The position numbers and the translations under genes were made by a program. DNA of 32,000 nt from Sinorhizobium meliloti (GTDB taxonomy: Bacteria > Pseudomonadota > Alphaproteobacteria > Rhizobiales > Rhizobiaceae): contig NZ_JAGIOS010000002.1 of NCBI RefSeq assembly GCF_017876815.1, positions 1,260,001 through 1,292,000 of the forward strand, in the 5' to 3' direction. The notes under the pieces were generated by a model. The model searched no databases and was not told the DNA's origin. It saw nothing but the letters and a program-made list of their open reading frames with translations. Position 1 is the first letter of the stretch. Each line of letters starts with the position of its first letter. Below, one piece after another: positions 1 through 8,335 of this stretch.

Positions 1-335
1 GCTGGCTTGGCCTGATGGCCGGCATCGGCGGTCTCATCCAGGCGCATTATGCTCAGGAAGTCGTGCCGAATGCGCTTTATGGCCGCGAACTCGACGTGCT
101 CGCCGCGGTCGTGCTCGGCGGCGCGCGCCTCGGCGGCGGCAAGGGCACCGTGCTCGGCTGCGTGCTCGGCGTGCTTCTGATCTCGATCACCCAGAACGGT
201 TTGAATCTGATGGGCGTGTCGCCCTTCGCCTTCAAGATGATCATCGGCGCCATCATCCTGATCGCCATCACCCTTTCCAACACGCGGATCGAGCGCCTGC
301 TGCCTTTTGTCGGTCAGAAGGGAACGGGACGATGA
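1..335 (+). CDS. ABC-type sugar transporter permease, C-terminal part (5' end lies upstream of the window)
   Basis: Frame 3 is open from base 3 to the TGA at 333-335. The hydrophobic C-terminal segments include 'LAAVVLGGARLGGGKGTVLG', typical of RbsC/LsrC-type permeases. The stop overlaps the next ATG (ATGA at 332-335). Confidence 0.85.
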   Translation, partial: WLGLMAGIGGLIQAHYAQEVVPNALYGRELDVLAAVVLGGARLGGGKGTVLGCVLGVLLISITQNGLNLMGVSPFAFKMIIGAIILIAITLSNTRIERLLPFVGQKGTGR

Positions 336-1330
336 CCACAGTCTTCGAAAGGATCAAGGCCGCCATAGGGCCGGAAATGGCCGGTCCGGGGCTCGCCTTC
401 GTGGCTGTCGTGCTCGTTTTCGGGATCGCCTCACCGCAATTCCTGAGCGCCGCGACCTTCGGCTCCGTCGCCTTCCAGCTGCCGGAACTCGGACTCCTGA
501 CGCTTGCCATGCTGCTGCCGATCCTGACGGGCGGCCTCAATCTCGCAATCACCTTCACCGCCAATCTTGCCGGACTGACCCTTGCCTGGGTCCTCAAGGC
601 GAACGGAGGGGCCGACGCGGGCTTCGGCATCTTCCTCGTCGGTTCCCTCCTTGCCGTGATGGTCGGTGCGGCAAGCGGAGTCGTCATGGGCCTGGTGATC
701 GCGTTCACACGCGCCCATCCGATCCTCGTCTCCCTGTCGATGATGATCTTCCTGCGCGGCCTCGGCGAGTTTCTGACGCGCGGGGGCGACATCTCCGGCT
801 TCCCGCCCTTCGTCGGCGTGATCGGCCATGGCTCCGTCGCCGGCATTCCCGTGCCGCTGATCGTCTTCGTCGTCTGCGTGCTCGCCTGGCATCTGCTTCT
901 CGGCCGCACAAAGCTCGGCTTCAACACCTATATGATCGGCTCGAATCTCGAGGCGACGCGCTATTCAGGCATCAACACGCGCAAGGCGATCGTGCTCGTC
1001 TACACGCTTTCCGGGGTCATGTGCGCGATAGCCGGCATCATCATGCTGGCACGCTTCAATTCGGTGCGCATCGGCCATGGCGAGTCCTACCTGCTGATCA
1101 CGGTGCTCGCGTGCTTCCTCGGCGGCGTCAATCCGTTCGGGGGCTTCGGCCGGGTGATCCCCGTCTTCGTCGCGTTGGTGGTGCTGCAGCTTCTCTCGTC
1201 CGGGCTCAATCTCATCGGAGCCAACCAGCATCTCGCGACCGCCGTCTGGGGCATCCTTCTCGTCGGCGTGATGATCCTGCGTTGGGCCGTTTCCAGGATC
1301 AAGATTTCAATTGTCAGAAGAGGATCATGA
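332..1330 (+). CDS. ABC-type sugar transporter permease (second membrane subunit)
   Basis: 332-aa ORF with many hydrophobic helices. It has a degenerate 'TGGLNLA' version of the GGIDLS motif and the 'GSNLEATRYSGIN' motif typical of ribose-family permeases. It is coupled to both neighbours by ATGA overlaps. Confidence 0.9.
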   Translation: MTTVFERIKAAIGPEMAGPGLAFVAVVLVFGIASPQFLSAATFGSVAFQLPELGLLTLAMLLPILTGGLNLAITFTANLAGLTLAWVLKANGGADAGFGIFLVGSLLAVMVGAASGVVMGLVIAFTRAHPILVSLSMMIFLRGLGEFLTRGGDISGFPPFVGVIGHGSVAGIPVPLIVFVVCVLAWHLLLGRTKLGFNTYMIGSNLEATRYSGINTRKAIVLVYTLSGVMCAIAGIIMLARFNSVRIGHGESYLLITVLACFLGGVNPFGGFGRVIPVFVALVVLQLLSSGLNLIGANQHLATAVWGILLVGVMILRWAVSRIKISIVRRGS

Positions 1331-2181
1331 CGATGCAGGGTTTTGGCGTTCATACGAGCATGTGGACAATGAATTGGGACCGTCCCGGCGCCGAACGGGC
1401 GGTAGCCGCAGCGGTCAAATACAAGGTCGATTTCATCGAGATCCCGATGCTCAATCCGCCTGCCGTCGACACGGAGCACACCCGTGCCCTCCTCGAGAAG
1501 AACCGTCTGCGCGCGGTCTGCTCGCTCGGCCTGCCGGAGCGGGCCTGGGCCTCGGTTCGGCCCGAGGCGGCGATCGACCATCTGAAGATCGCGATCGACA
1601 AGACTGCCGATCTCGGCGGCGAGGCGCTGTCGGGCGTCATCTATGGCGGCATCGGCGAGCGCACCGGCGTGCCGCCGACCGTCGAGGAGTATGACAATAT
1701 CGCCCGCGTGCTGCAGGCCGCGGCCAAGCACGCCAAGTCGCGCGGCATTGAGCTTGGCGTCGAAGCCGTCAACCGCTACGAGAACCACCTGATCAATACC
1801 GGCTGGCAGGCGGTCAAGATGATCGAGCGGGTCGGAGCCGACAACGTCTTCGTGCACCTCGATACCTATCACATGAACATCGAGGAAAAGGGTGTCGGCA
1901 AAGGTATCCTCGATGCCCGCGAGCACCTGAAATACATCCATCTTTCCGAAAGCGACCGCGGCACGCCGGGCTACGGCACCTGCGGCTGGGACGAGATTTT
2001 CTCGACGCTTGCGGCGATCGGCTTCAGGGGCGGCCTTGCGATGGAAAGCTTCATCAACATGCCGCCGGAAGTGGCCTATGGCCTCGCCGTCTGGCGCCCG
2101 GTCGCAAAGGACGAGGAAGAGGTGATGGGCAACGGCCTGCCGTTCCTGCGCAACAAGGCCACGCAGTACGGCCTGATCTGA
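1327..2181 (+). CDS. Ketose 3-epimerase family protein (xylose-isomerase-like TIM barrel; D-tagatose/D-psicose/L-ribulose 3-epimerase-like)
   Basis: This is the in-frame ATG at 1327 inside the 624-aa track ORF; the upstream 340 codons are an R/P-rich shadow of the permease. Motifs 'VEAVNRYEN', 'HLDTYHMNIEE', 'HLSESDRG' and 'MESF' match the metal-ligand contexts of the DTE/DPE family. Confidence 0.85.
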   Translation: MTMQGFGVHTSMWTMNWDRPGAERAVAAAVKYKVDFIEIPMLNPPAVDTEHTRALLEKNRLRAVCSLGLPERAWASVRPEAAIDHLKIAIDKTADLGGEALSGVIYGGIGERTGVPPTVEEYDNIARVLQAAAKHAKSRGIELGVEAVNRYENHLINTGWQAVKMIERVGADNVFVHLDTYHMNIEEKGVGKGILDAREHLKYIHLSESDRGTPGYGTCGWDEIFSTLAAIGFRGGLAMESFINMPPEVAYGLAVWRPVAKDEEEVMGNGLPFLRNKATQYGLI

Positions 2182-2216
2182 AGGAGTGCAACGAAGGCGG
2201 TCGGGGAGAAGAGACG

Positions 2217-3698
2217 GTGGATGCGATGAACGATCGAGACAGCGGGGCGGCTCCGGTAGGGGTCCTCGATGTTGGCAAGACCAATGTCAAGCTGAGCGCG
2301 GTTGCAGCCGACGGGACGCTGGTCGAAACGATCAGCGTCCCAAATCCCGTCCTCCCCGGACCGCCCTGGCGCCACCACGACCTCACGAGGCTGGGCGAAT
2401 GGGTTTTCGAGGCGCTGGCGGCTCTGTCGCGGCGCCACGGTCTTGCTGCCGTCGTAGCGGCGGGGCACGGCTCGGGCGGCGTTTTGACGGGTGCGGATCC
2501 GGACGTCGGCGATGGCGCCGCCCTCCCGATGATCGATTACGAACAGCCATTGCCACCGGATATCCGCGACGGCTATAGCCCGTTGGCCGGTACGTTTCTC
2601 GACCGCGGCAGCGCAACCATGCATGGCGCGACCCATCAGGCCCGCCAGCTCTACTGGATGGAGGAGCGCGAACCGGATGCTTTTGGGAAATCCCGCTGGT
2701 ATCTCGGCCTGCCGCAATATTGGGCTTGGCGCCTTTCCGGTGTCGCCGCTTCGGAAGCGAGCTTTCTCGGGGCACAGTCGCATCTCTGGAATGTCGCCGA
2801 AAGGCGCTTCTCACCCATCGTTAGTGCCCGCGGTTGGGAGCGGCTGATGCCGCCCTTTGCGAAAGCCTGGGAGACGCTTGGTCCGATCCGGCCCGAACTC
2901 GTCCGAAGGTTCGGACTGCCGGCAGAAATGCGCGTGCTGACGGGCGGCCACGACAGCAGCCTAAATCATTATCGGTATCACGCCGCGGGACTGCGGGATT
3001 TCACGGTGATCTCGACGGGCACCTGGATCGTCGGCTTTTCACGCTCGACACCAATCGAGCGTCTCGACGAGCACCGTGGCATGACGCTCAACAGCGACGT
3101 TTTCGGAAACCGCCTCGGCGGGATACTGACCATGGGCGGACGGGAATTCTCCCATATCGCCGGTTCCAATCCGCCGACGGACGACGCACCCATCGAGGTC
3201 CTCGGGCGTCTGGTTGCGCAGCGGACCATCGCGGCGCCCTCCTTCGGCGACGACGATGGTCTTTTCCCCGGCAGCGCCGGAAGCGGGCGCATCCTTGGAT
3301 CTGCTGCCGAGACGGCAATGGAGCGCAAGGCCCTGGCGCTCCTCTATTGTGCGCTGCTGACGGTGGAATGCATCGAGGCGCTTTCCGCGGATCGCCTTGT
3401 CGTGCTCGACGGCAGCTTCCTGCGCGATCCTCTTTATGCGGGCGTCGTTGCGGCATTGCTTCCCGAGCGTCAGGTGCGCTTCAATCTCGACGCCTATGGT
3501 GTTGCCGCCGGCGCGGCGCTGCTGGCCGGTCACGAGACGCGCGAGAAGCCGGCGCCGCTTGCCCTCAGCGAGCCCATCGATCTTGCGCGGCTCAATCCCG
3601 ACCTTTCCCGCTATGCCGCCGATTGGCGCGCGGTTGCCCGAGCAATGCGGGGCAACAGAGATAAATTCGAGAACACGGAAGGAAATCTTCATGGCTGA
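2217..3698 (+). CDS. FGGY-family carbohydrate kinase, L-fuculokinase (FucK)-like
   Basis: 'LDVGKTNVKLSAV', 'GGHDSS' and 'STGTW' parallel E. coli FucK ('LDCGATNVRAIAV', 'GHDTQ', 'SSGTW'). A GGGGAG SD lies 8 nt before the GTG at 2217. The ATG at 2226 is an alternative start. Confidence 0.8.
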   Translation: MDAMNDRDSGAAPVGVLDVGKTNVKLSAVAADGTLVETISVPNPVLPGPPWRHHDLTRLGEWVFEALAALSRRHGLAAVVAAGHGSGGVLTGADPDVGDGAALPMIDYEQPLPPDIRDGYSPLAGTFLDRGSATMHGATHQARQLYWMEEREPDAFGKSRWYLGLPQYWAWRLSGVAASEASFLGAQSHLWNVAERRFSPIVSARGWERLMPPFAKAWETLGPIRPELVRRFGLPAEMRVLTGGHDSSLNHYRYHAAGLRDFTVISTGTWIVGFSRSTPIERLDEHRGMTLNSDVFGNRLGGILTMGGREFSHIAGSNPPTDDAPIEVLGRLVAQRTIAAPSFGDDDGLFPGSAGSGRILGSAAETAMERKALALLYCALLTVECIEALSADRLVVLDGSFLRDPLYAGVVAALLPERQVRFNLDAYGVAAGAALLAGHETREKPAPLALSEPIDLARLNPDLSRYAADWRAVARAMRGNRDKFENTEGNLHG

Positions 3699-4389
3699 GA
3701 CTGAGACGGACAAGCTGGCACTCCGGCGGGAAATGGTGGACATCTGCCGGCGGATGAATTCGAGCGGCATCAACCAGGGCACGGCCGGCAATCTTTCCGT
3801 CCGCACCGATGACGGCTTCCTCATCACGCCATCCTCCATGCCCTATGACACGATGCAGCCGGACGACCTGGTGGAAATGGGCTTCGATGGCACCTATGTG
3901 GGCCATCGACCCTCATCGGAGTGGCGCTTCCATCGCGACATTCTGCGCGCGCGCACGGATATCGACGTGGTCCTGCATTGCCACTCGATCTACGCGACGA
4001 CACTTGCCTGCCATCACAAGACCATTCCGAGCTTTCACTACATGACGGGGATTGCCGGCGGCACGACGATCCGCTGCGCCGAATATGCGACCTTCGGCAC
4101 GCAGGCCCTGTCGGACAACGCGCTCGTCGCGCTTAAAGACCGCCTTGCATGCCTGCTCGGGCAGCACGGCCAGATATCGCTCGGCAAAACGCTGGAACAG
4201 GCATTGTGGCTTGCGATCGAGGTAGAGACGCTGTCGCGGATCTATGTCCAGGCCCTGACGCTCGGCGAGCCGCCCATACTGCCGGACGACGAAATGGAGC
4301 GGGTGATCGCCCAGATGCGGCGCATGAGCTACGGCCAGGCGCCGGACCCGGAGGGAGTGAACGACGTGGCGCGCCCGCGCGTGTCGTGA
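3691..4389 (+). CDS. Class II aldolase/adducin family, L-fuculose-phosphate aldolase (FucA)-like
   Basis: 'NQGTAGNLSVR', 'PSSEWRFH', 'VLHCHS', 'YATFGT' and 'ALWLAIEVE' closely parallel E. coli FucA. The ATG at 3691 overlaps the kinase stop (ATGGCTGA). Confidence 0.9.
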   Translation: MAETETDKLALRREMVDICRRMNSSGINQGTAGNLSVRTDDGFLITPSSMPYDTMQPDDLVEMGFDGTYVGHRPSSEWRFHRDILRARTDIDVVLHCHSIYATTLACHHKTIPSFHYMTGIAGGTTIRCAEYATFGTQALSDNALVALKDRLACLLGQHGQISLGKTLEQALWLAIEVETLSRIYVQALTLGEPPILPDDEMERVIAQMRRMSYGQAPDPEGVNDVARPRVS

Positions 4390-4444
4390 GGGCGGGCAGG
4401 GGGCTGGCCACTCCGCGTGGGTGATCCGCGGGGTGGGTGGGAGG

Positions 4445-4515
4445 CACTCTAAACCTTTGTTTTCCCGTAATTCCGGACGGAAAACCGCTACGCACTTTTC
4501 CTGGAATTGCTCTAG
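4445..4515. repeat. Short intergenic hairpin element resembling the RIME / Sm-repeat class of Rhizobiaceae
   Basis: An imperfect hairpin runs AATTCCGGACGGAAAA (4469-4484) ... TTTTCCTGGAATT (4496-4508), flanked by 'CTCTAAACCTTTGTTTTCCCG' and 'GCTCTAG'. There is only one copy in this window, so repeat status rests on my recollection of similar strings in rhizobial intergenic DNA. Confidence 0.35.
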
Positions 4516-5249
4516 CCTTGGTATTCGAACTGTTCGTCGGTACTCGGCCGCCCTCCCGGAGTGAGGTCCAAGAGGGTCCACATCGGCTCAACAGTGCCCA
4601 AATGTCGTGGATCTTGCCCCGGATCGGCCGGCAAGAACAACAGTTCAGAAGCCCAGCTCAACCTAATTAGCCCGTCCGCGCCTTTGTGAAACACGGTGAG
4701 GACCGGCAATTGTTGGCCTTCCGCGTCCTCGCCGTGGTAGTCGCGTTTGAAGCTATTGTTCGCCGCAGAAAGAAGGTTCAGATTGCGCCAGCCCCGATGA
4801 GCCGCAAAGGCCGCAACCTGCTCTATCGGCGCCTTTGCAACAGCCGCGATGTTTGCTCCCAGACCCTCTACGTGCGGCACCGCTCCCTCCCAGTTGTCGA
4901 GGAGGGCAGTACAAGAGGGGCACGGCCCGTCTTCAATCGGCAGCTCTGCCATCGGCCCGCTGCTCGGTTTGGGCCGCTTATCGCCGCGATGGCGTGGGAA
5001 CATATAGTGGTAGAGGATCAAGACATCGGTACCGGGCCGAAACAGTTCGGAGAGTCGCACCTTCGCCGGTCTCCCTTTTCCGTCGATGTGGTCGAATTCA
5101 TAGTCCTCGGGAACGACCCCGCCCGGGGGGAGTGCTCGAATCTCTGCGGCCACAGCTTCCATTTCGCGCCTGAGTGCTGCTTCTCGCTGCAGCAGCTTGT
5201 CGCGAGCAGTGCGATAGTTCGAACTTTCGTTCGGAAACGTTATGCCCAT
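4512..5249 (-). CDS. DUF899 thioredoxin-like family protein
   Basis: A coiled N-terminus ('RTARDKLLQREAALRREMEAVAAEIRALP'), 'LILYHYMF' and a 'CPSC' redox-like motif are typical of DUF899. The start was chosen at the ATG at 5249 (MGITFPNE); the 41 upstream codons look non-coding. Confidence 0.8.
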   Translation of the reverse strand: MGITFPNESSNYRTARDKLLQREAALRREMEAVAAEIRALPPGGVVPEDYEFDHIDGKGRPAKVRLSELFRPGTDVLILYHYMFPRHRGDKRPKPSSGPMAELPIEDGPCPSCTALLDNWEGAVPHVEGLGANIAAVAKAPIEQVAAFAAHRGWRNLNLLSAANNSFKRDYHGEDAEGQQLPVLTVFHKGADGLIRLSWASELLFLPADPGQDPRHLGTVEPMWTLLDLTPGGRPSTDEQFEYQG

Positions 5250-5562
5250 GGGACCACTCCATTGAAGCGATGAACCGGAGTGTAACACAGCTTGAGGAGA
5301 CCCGCTCAGCCGGCTGATCGGCTCGCCGGACGGCCGTCGTGCCGCAACACTGCCGTCAATACCGTTCAGCATCTCCGGCGCACAGTTTGCTTAGGTTCCG
5401 GTGAGACATAGACAGAATCGGCACGACGAATGTCGGTCTCGTCCGAGGACCTTCGCAACAGCCAACCTCGCTCGCATCGAAAATGCGCTACGGACCGCAA
5501 GCAGCAAGACTATCGCCACCCGGCTCGTCCTTGAACACCGCGCTGCTCGTTTCGCGCAGGCT

Positions 5563-6141
5563 TTAAAATGACGACAACCATTCCTCGGTGTTCATAACCT
5601 TCACTTGAACTGAGAAGCGCTTGCTGAGAAGTTCCAGCGATGCATCGTGCGTTTGATCGGTCGCACTGCATACCGCGTCCTTCAGCAGGATAACCTTGTA
5701 GCCGAGATCGATAGCCCCAAGCGTCGCGGCCAGCACGCAGATGTCCGTCTCGCCTCCTGTTACGACCAGTGTGCCGATATCCTGATGAAGTAAGGCGCTA
5801 TGCAGGCGACCATTCGTCCAGGGCGAGTAGGTCCTTTTGTCAAAAATGCGCGCTGGCGGAACCAGTCTTTTCAGGTCCGGAACCAGATCCACCAAAACCG
5901 GATCAAGTTGGGTGGTCGTCATCATCGGCCATTTCTCGTAGTACGCCCGCCACATGCCTGGCAGTTCCTCAGGAGCGGACGGCGGCACAAAACGCGTGAA
6001 TATCGTGCGCTCCGGAAACCGGGTTGCAATTTCAACAACCTGGTCGAATACCTTCGGCATCCATGTAACTTGCCAAGGAGTATCCTCGGCGAACATGCGC
6101 TGCATATCTACACACAGATGCGTCCACCTTTCTGGATTCAT
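5563..6141 (-). CDS. Isochorismatase-family cysteine hydrolase
   Basis: 'HLCVDMQ' lies near the N-terminus and 'VVTGGETDICVLATLGAIDLGY' carries the catalytic-Cys context. The start was chosen at the ATG at 6141; the ORF is open to 6231. Confidence 0.8.
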   Translation of the reverse strand: MNPERWTHLCVDMQRMFAEDTPWQVTWMPKVFDQVVEIATRFPERTIFTRFVPPSAPEELPGMWRAYYEKWPMMTTTQLDPVLVDLVPDLKRLVPPARIFDKRTYSPWTNGRLHSALLHQDIGTLVVTGGETDICVLAATLGAIDLGYKVILLKDAVCSATDQTHDASLELLSKRFSVQVKVMNTEEWLSSF

Positions 6142-6461
6142 TTCGTACGCCGCGTCCTTATTCTGAGTGCGAGCCTGAGAGCGAACATGACGGTAAGAAC
6201 TCCAAGAAAGGAGTGGAGTTCCAGCTCTCACGGTCTAGCGAGGTGTGCGAAACGTGCGCGGATTGCCCTGCGGCTGCGTTGGTATGGAAGCTGCTAGCCC
6301 CGAGGAATTGCCCAGCAGGATCTCGGTCCGCAACCGCTATCGAACAGGTGGCCAAATGAGACCGCCGCCTATCCGTTCTTTGACCCCGGCTCAGGATCGC
6401 TCCAGCTTCCCGTGTGCTGACGTCAGTCAGGCCGTCGTTCTGAGCCCGGTTGCGGCCAGTT

Positions 6462-7364
6462 TCAAGCAAGGGCCCTGGGTTTTAGTAGATCGGAGAGGCC
6501 GACCCGGTGGAGCATCTCAGCGCGAAGCCGGTCCAGAACGCTGAATCCCACATCGGCGCCGTCTTCGGCCGGGTCGACGTGCACCCTGAACGGACGCTTG
6601 CCGGACGCGGTGCCCACAACCCGAACAATGGCATCGGCAACCAGTGACACATCGGCGTCCGGCGGTACGATCGCGGCGAAAGCCTTCTTGATCTCTTCGC
6701 CGAGACCGGCATTCGGGCCGGCTTCATACTCGGCCTGGCGCGCGTGGTCGTCCGGTACGCCGGAATGGGCGAAGTGATTGGTGCCGCTCGTGAAGGCACC
6801 GGGCACGATGATCGACGTCTCGATGCCCCAACGCGACAGCTCACGTGCGTACTGCACAGCGATGGCATCCATGGCCGCCTTGGCGGCGAAGTAAGGGGCA
6901 AGATAAGGCGGCGTGCCGCCTGCCGAGCTTGAACTTGAGATCCAGATGAGAAGCCCATGCTTTTGCCGGCGCATGTGCGGCAGCGCCGCCCGGTTGACGC
7001 GTTGGGTGCTCAGTACATTGATATCGTAAAGCTCGGCGAACTGCTCTGGCGTGAATGCTTCGGCGGGTCCGAACACCATGTGGCCGGCATTGTGTATCAG
7101 AACGTCGATGCGTCCGTCTTCGCCAATGATCTGATCGATGGCCCTGTCTACCGAAACCTGCGACTGGACGTCGAGCTCCAGGGTGCGCAGGTCAACGTCA
7201 TTGTCCCTGGCAAAGCCGGCTATAGCTTCAACATTGGACGCGTTGCGGCCGACAATGTCTCGCATCGAGGCGTATACCCGGTGGCCGGCTCCAGCGAGGG
7301 CCTCGGCAGTCAGGCGCCCGAAGCCGCTCGATGCCCCGGTGATCAGAATGATTTTCTTCGACAT
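6462..7364 (-). CDS. Short-chain dehydrogenase/reductase (classical SDR, about 300 aa)
   Basis: 'ITGASSGFG' (TGxxxGxG), 'HNAG' and 'YFAAK' (YxxxK). The start is the ATG at 7364 (MSKKIILITG). Confidence 0.9.
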   Translation of the reverse strand: MSKKIILITGASSGFGRLTAEALAGAGHRVYASMRDIVGRNASNVEAIAGFARDNDVDLRTLELDVQSQVSVDRAIDQIIGEDGRIDVLIHNAGHMVFGPAEAFTPEQFAELYDINVLSTQRVNRAALPHMRRQKHGLLIWISSSSSAGGTPPYLAPYFAAKAAMDAIAVQYARELSRWGIETSIIVPGAFTSGTNHFAHSGVPDDHARQAEYEAGPNAGLGEEIKKAFAAIVPPDADVSLVADAIVRVVGTASGKRPFRVHVDPAEDGADVGFSVLDRLRAEMLHRVGLSDLLKPRALA

Positions 7365-7478
7365 GGTGCGTTCCTCACTTGATGTGCGTTTGTTGATGCC
7401 TTGGGAGTCGTATCCTGGACCCCAGCGTGCCCAGTCGCGGGCGGATCGCGCCAGCACGCCTTGGAGTTTGAGGACGCG

Positions 7479-8213
7479 TCAGATGATGCCGCCATTGGCG
7501 CGCAGCACCTGGCCGTTGACCCAGGCACCGTCCGGTCCTGCGAGGAAGGCGACGGTACCCGCTATGTCCTGCGGAGTGCCGAGCCGCTCGAGCGGGGCGA
7601 GCTTCGCAAAGCGGTCCCTGACCTCGTCCGACTTGCCCTCGAGAAACAGGTCAGTAGCAGTCGGTCCGGGCGCTACGGCGTTGACTGTGATGTCGCGGCC
7701 GCGCAATTCCTTCGACAGCACGTGCGTCATAGCCTCGACGCCGGCCTTCGCGGCGGCGTAGATGCCGTAGCTCGGGTGCAGCAACCCAACCTGGCTGGTC
7801 GACATATTGATGATGCGACCTCCTACGCGCAGGCGTTGCGCCGCCTCCCGCAGGGTGTTGAACGTGCCTTTCAGGTTTACAGCGATGACTCGGTCGAAGA
7901 CCGCATCACCGGTTTCCGCAATAGTGGTGAGAGGCATGATGCCGGCATTGTTGACCAAGACATGGACTCCGCCGAAAGCTTCCTCCGCCGTGGCAAACAG
8001 GCGCCTGACGGCCGCCGGATCGCTCACATCGGCTTGCGCCGTTAGCGCCTTGCCGCCAGCCGCCTCAATTTTTCCGGCAACTTCTTCAGCGGCAGCGGCT
8101 TTGCCGGCGTAGTTGATGACGACCGTGAAGCCGTCACTCGCTAGACGCGCCGCAATTGCCGCGCCGATGCCTCGCGACGCGCCGGTGACGATCGCTACTT
8201 TGTTCGTTTCCAT
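7479..8213 (-). CDS. Short-chain dehydrogenase/reductase (FabG-like, 244 aa)
   Basis: 'VTGASRGIGAAIA', 'NNAG' and 'YAAAKAG'. The start is the ATG at 8213 (METNKVAIVTG). It is divergent from the LysR gene. Confidence 0.9.
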   Translation of the reverse strand: METNKVAIVTGASRGIGAAIAARLASDGFTVVINYAGKAAAAEEVAGKIEAAGGKALTAQADVSDPAAVRRLFATAEEAFGGVHVLVNNAGIMPLTTIAETGDAVFDRVIAVNLKGTFNTLREAAQRLRVGGRIINMSTSQVGLLHPSYGIYAAAKAGVEAMTHVLSKELRGRDITVNAVAPGPTATDLFLEGKSDEVRDRFAKLAPLERLGTPQDIAGTVAFLAGPDGAWVNGQVLRANGGII

Positions 8214-8295
8214 ATGCTTCTTCCTTCGTGTGGTGCGCCGAAGCGGGTAGGTGACGACGGAAATATGACACTTCTCGCAACGCGGATAATGGTGC

Positions 8296-8318
8296 ATAGT
8301 CCGGCATCACTATCCGGA
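8296..8318. promoter_or_regulatory. Candidate LysR-type binding site (overlapping inverted repeats) in the divergent SDR/LysR intergenic region
   Basis: ATAGT (8296-8300) pairs with ACTAT (8309-8313), and TCCGG (8300-8304) pairs with CCGGA (8314-8318). A T-N11-A spacing is present. The site lies 18-40 nt upstream of the LysR ATG. Confidence 0.3.
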
Positions 8319-8335
8319 AGAGTCGAATAATAGCC

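Noticed and set aside
307-1326. N-terminal 340 codons of the 624-aa plus-strand ORF 307-2181
   Set aside because: This part is extremely R/P/G-rich ('MSVRRERDDDHSLRKDQGRHRAGNGRSGARLRG...'). It lies entirely out of frame over a convincing permease gene. The recognisable epimerase domain begins at the internal ATG at 1327, which is ATGA-coupled to the permease stop.
6417-6426. CTGACGTCAG palindrome, with a second TGACGTCA at 9276-9283, both intergenic
   Set aside because: An 8-bp palindrome is expected about once by chance in a window of this size. I could not scan the coding regions exhaustively for further copies. No known rhizobial regulator motif that I can name precisely matches it.
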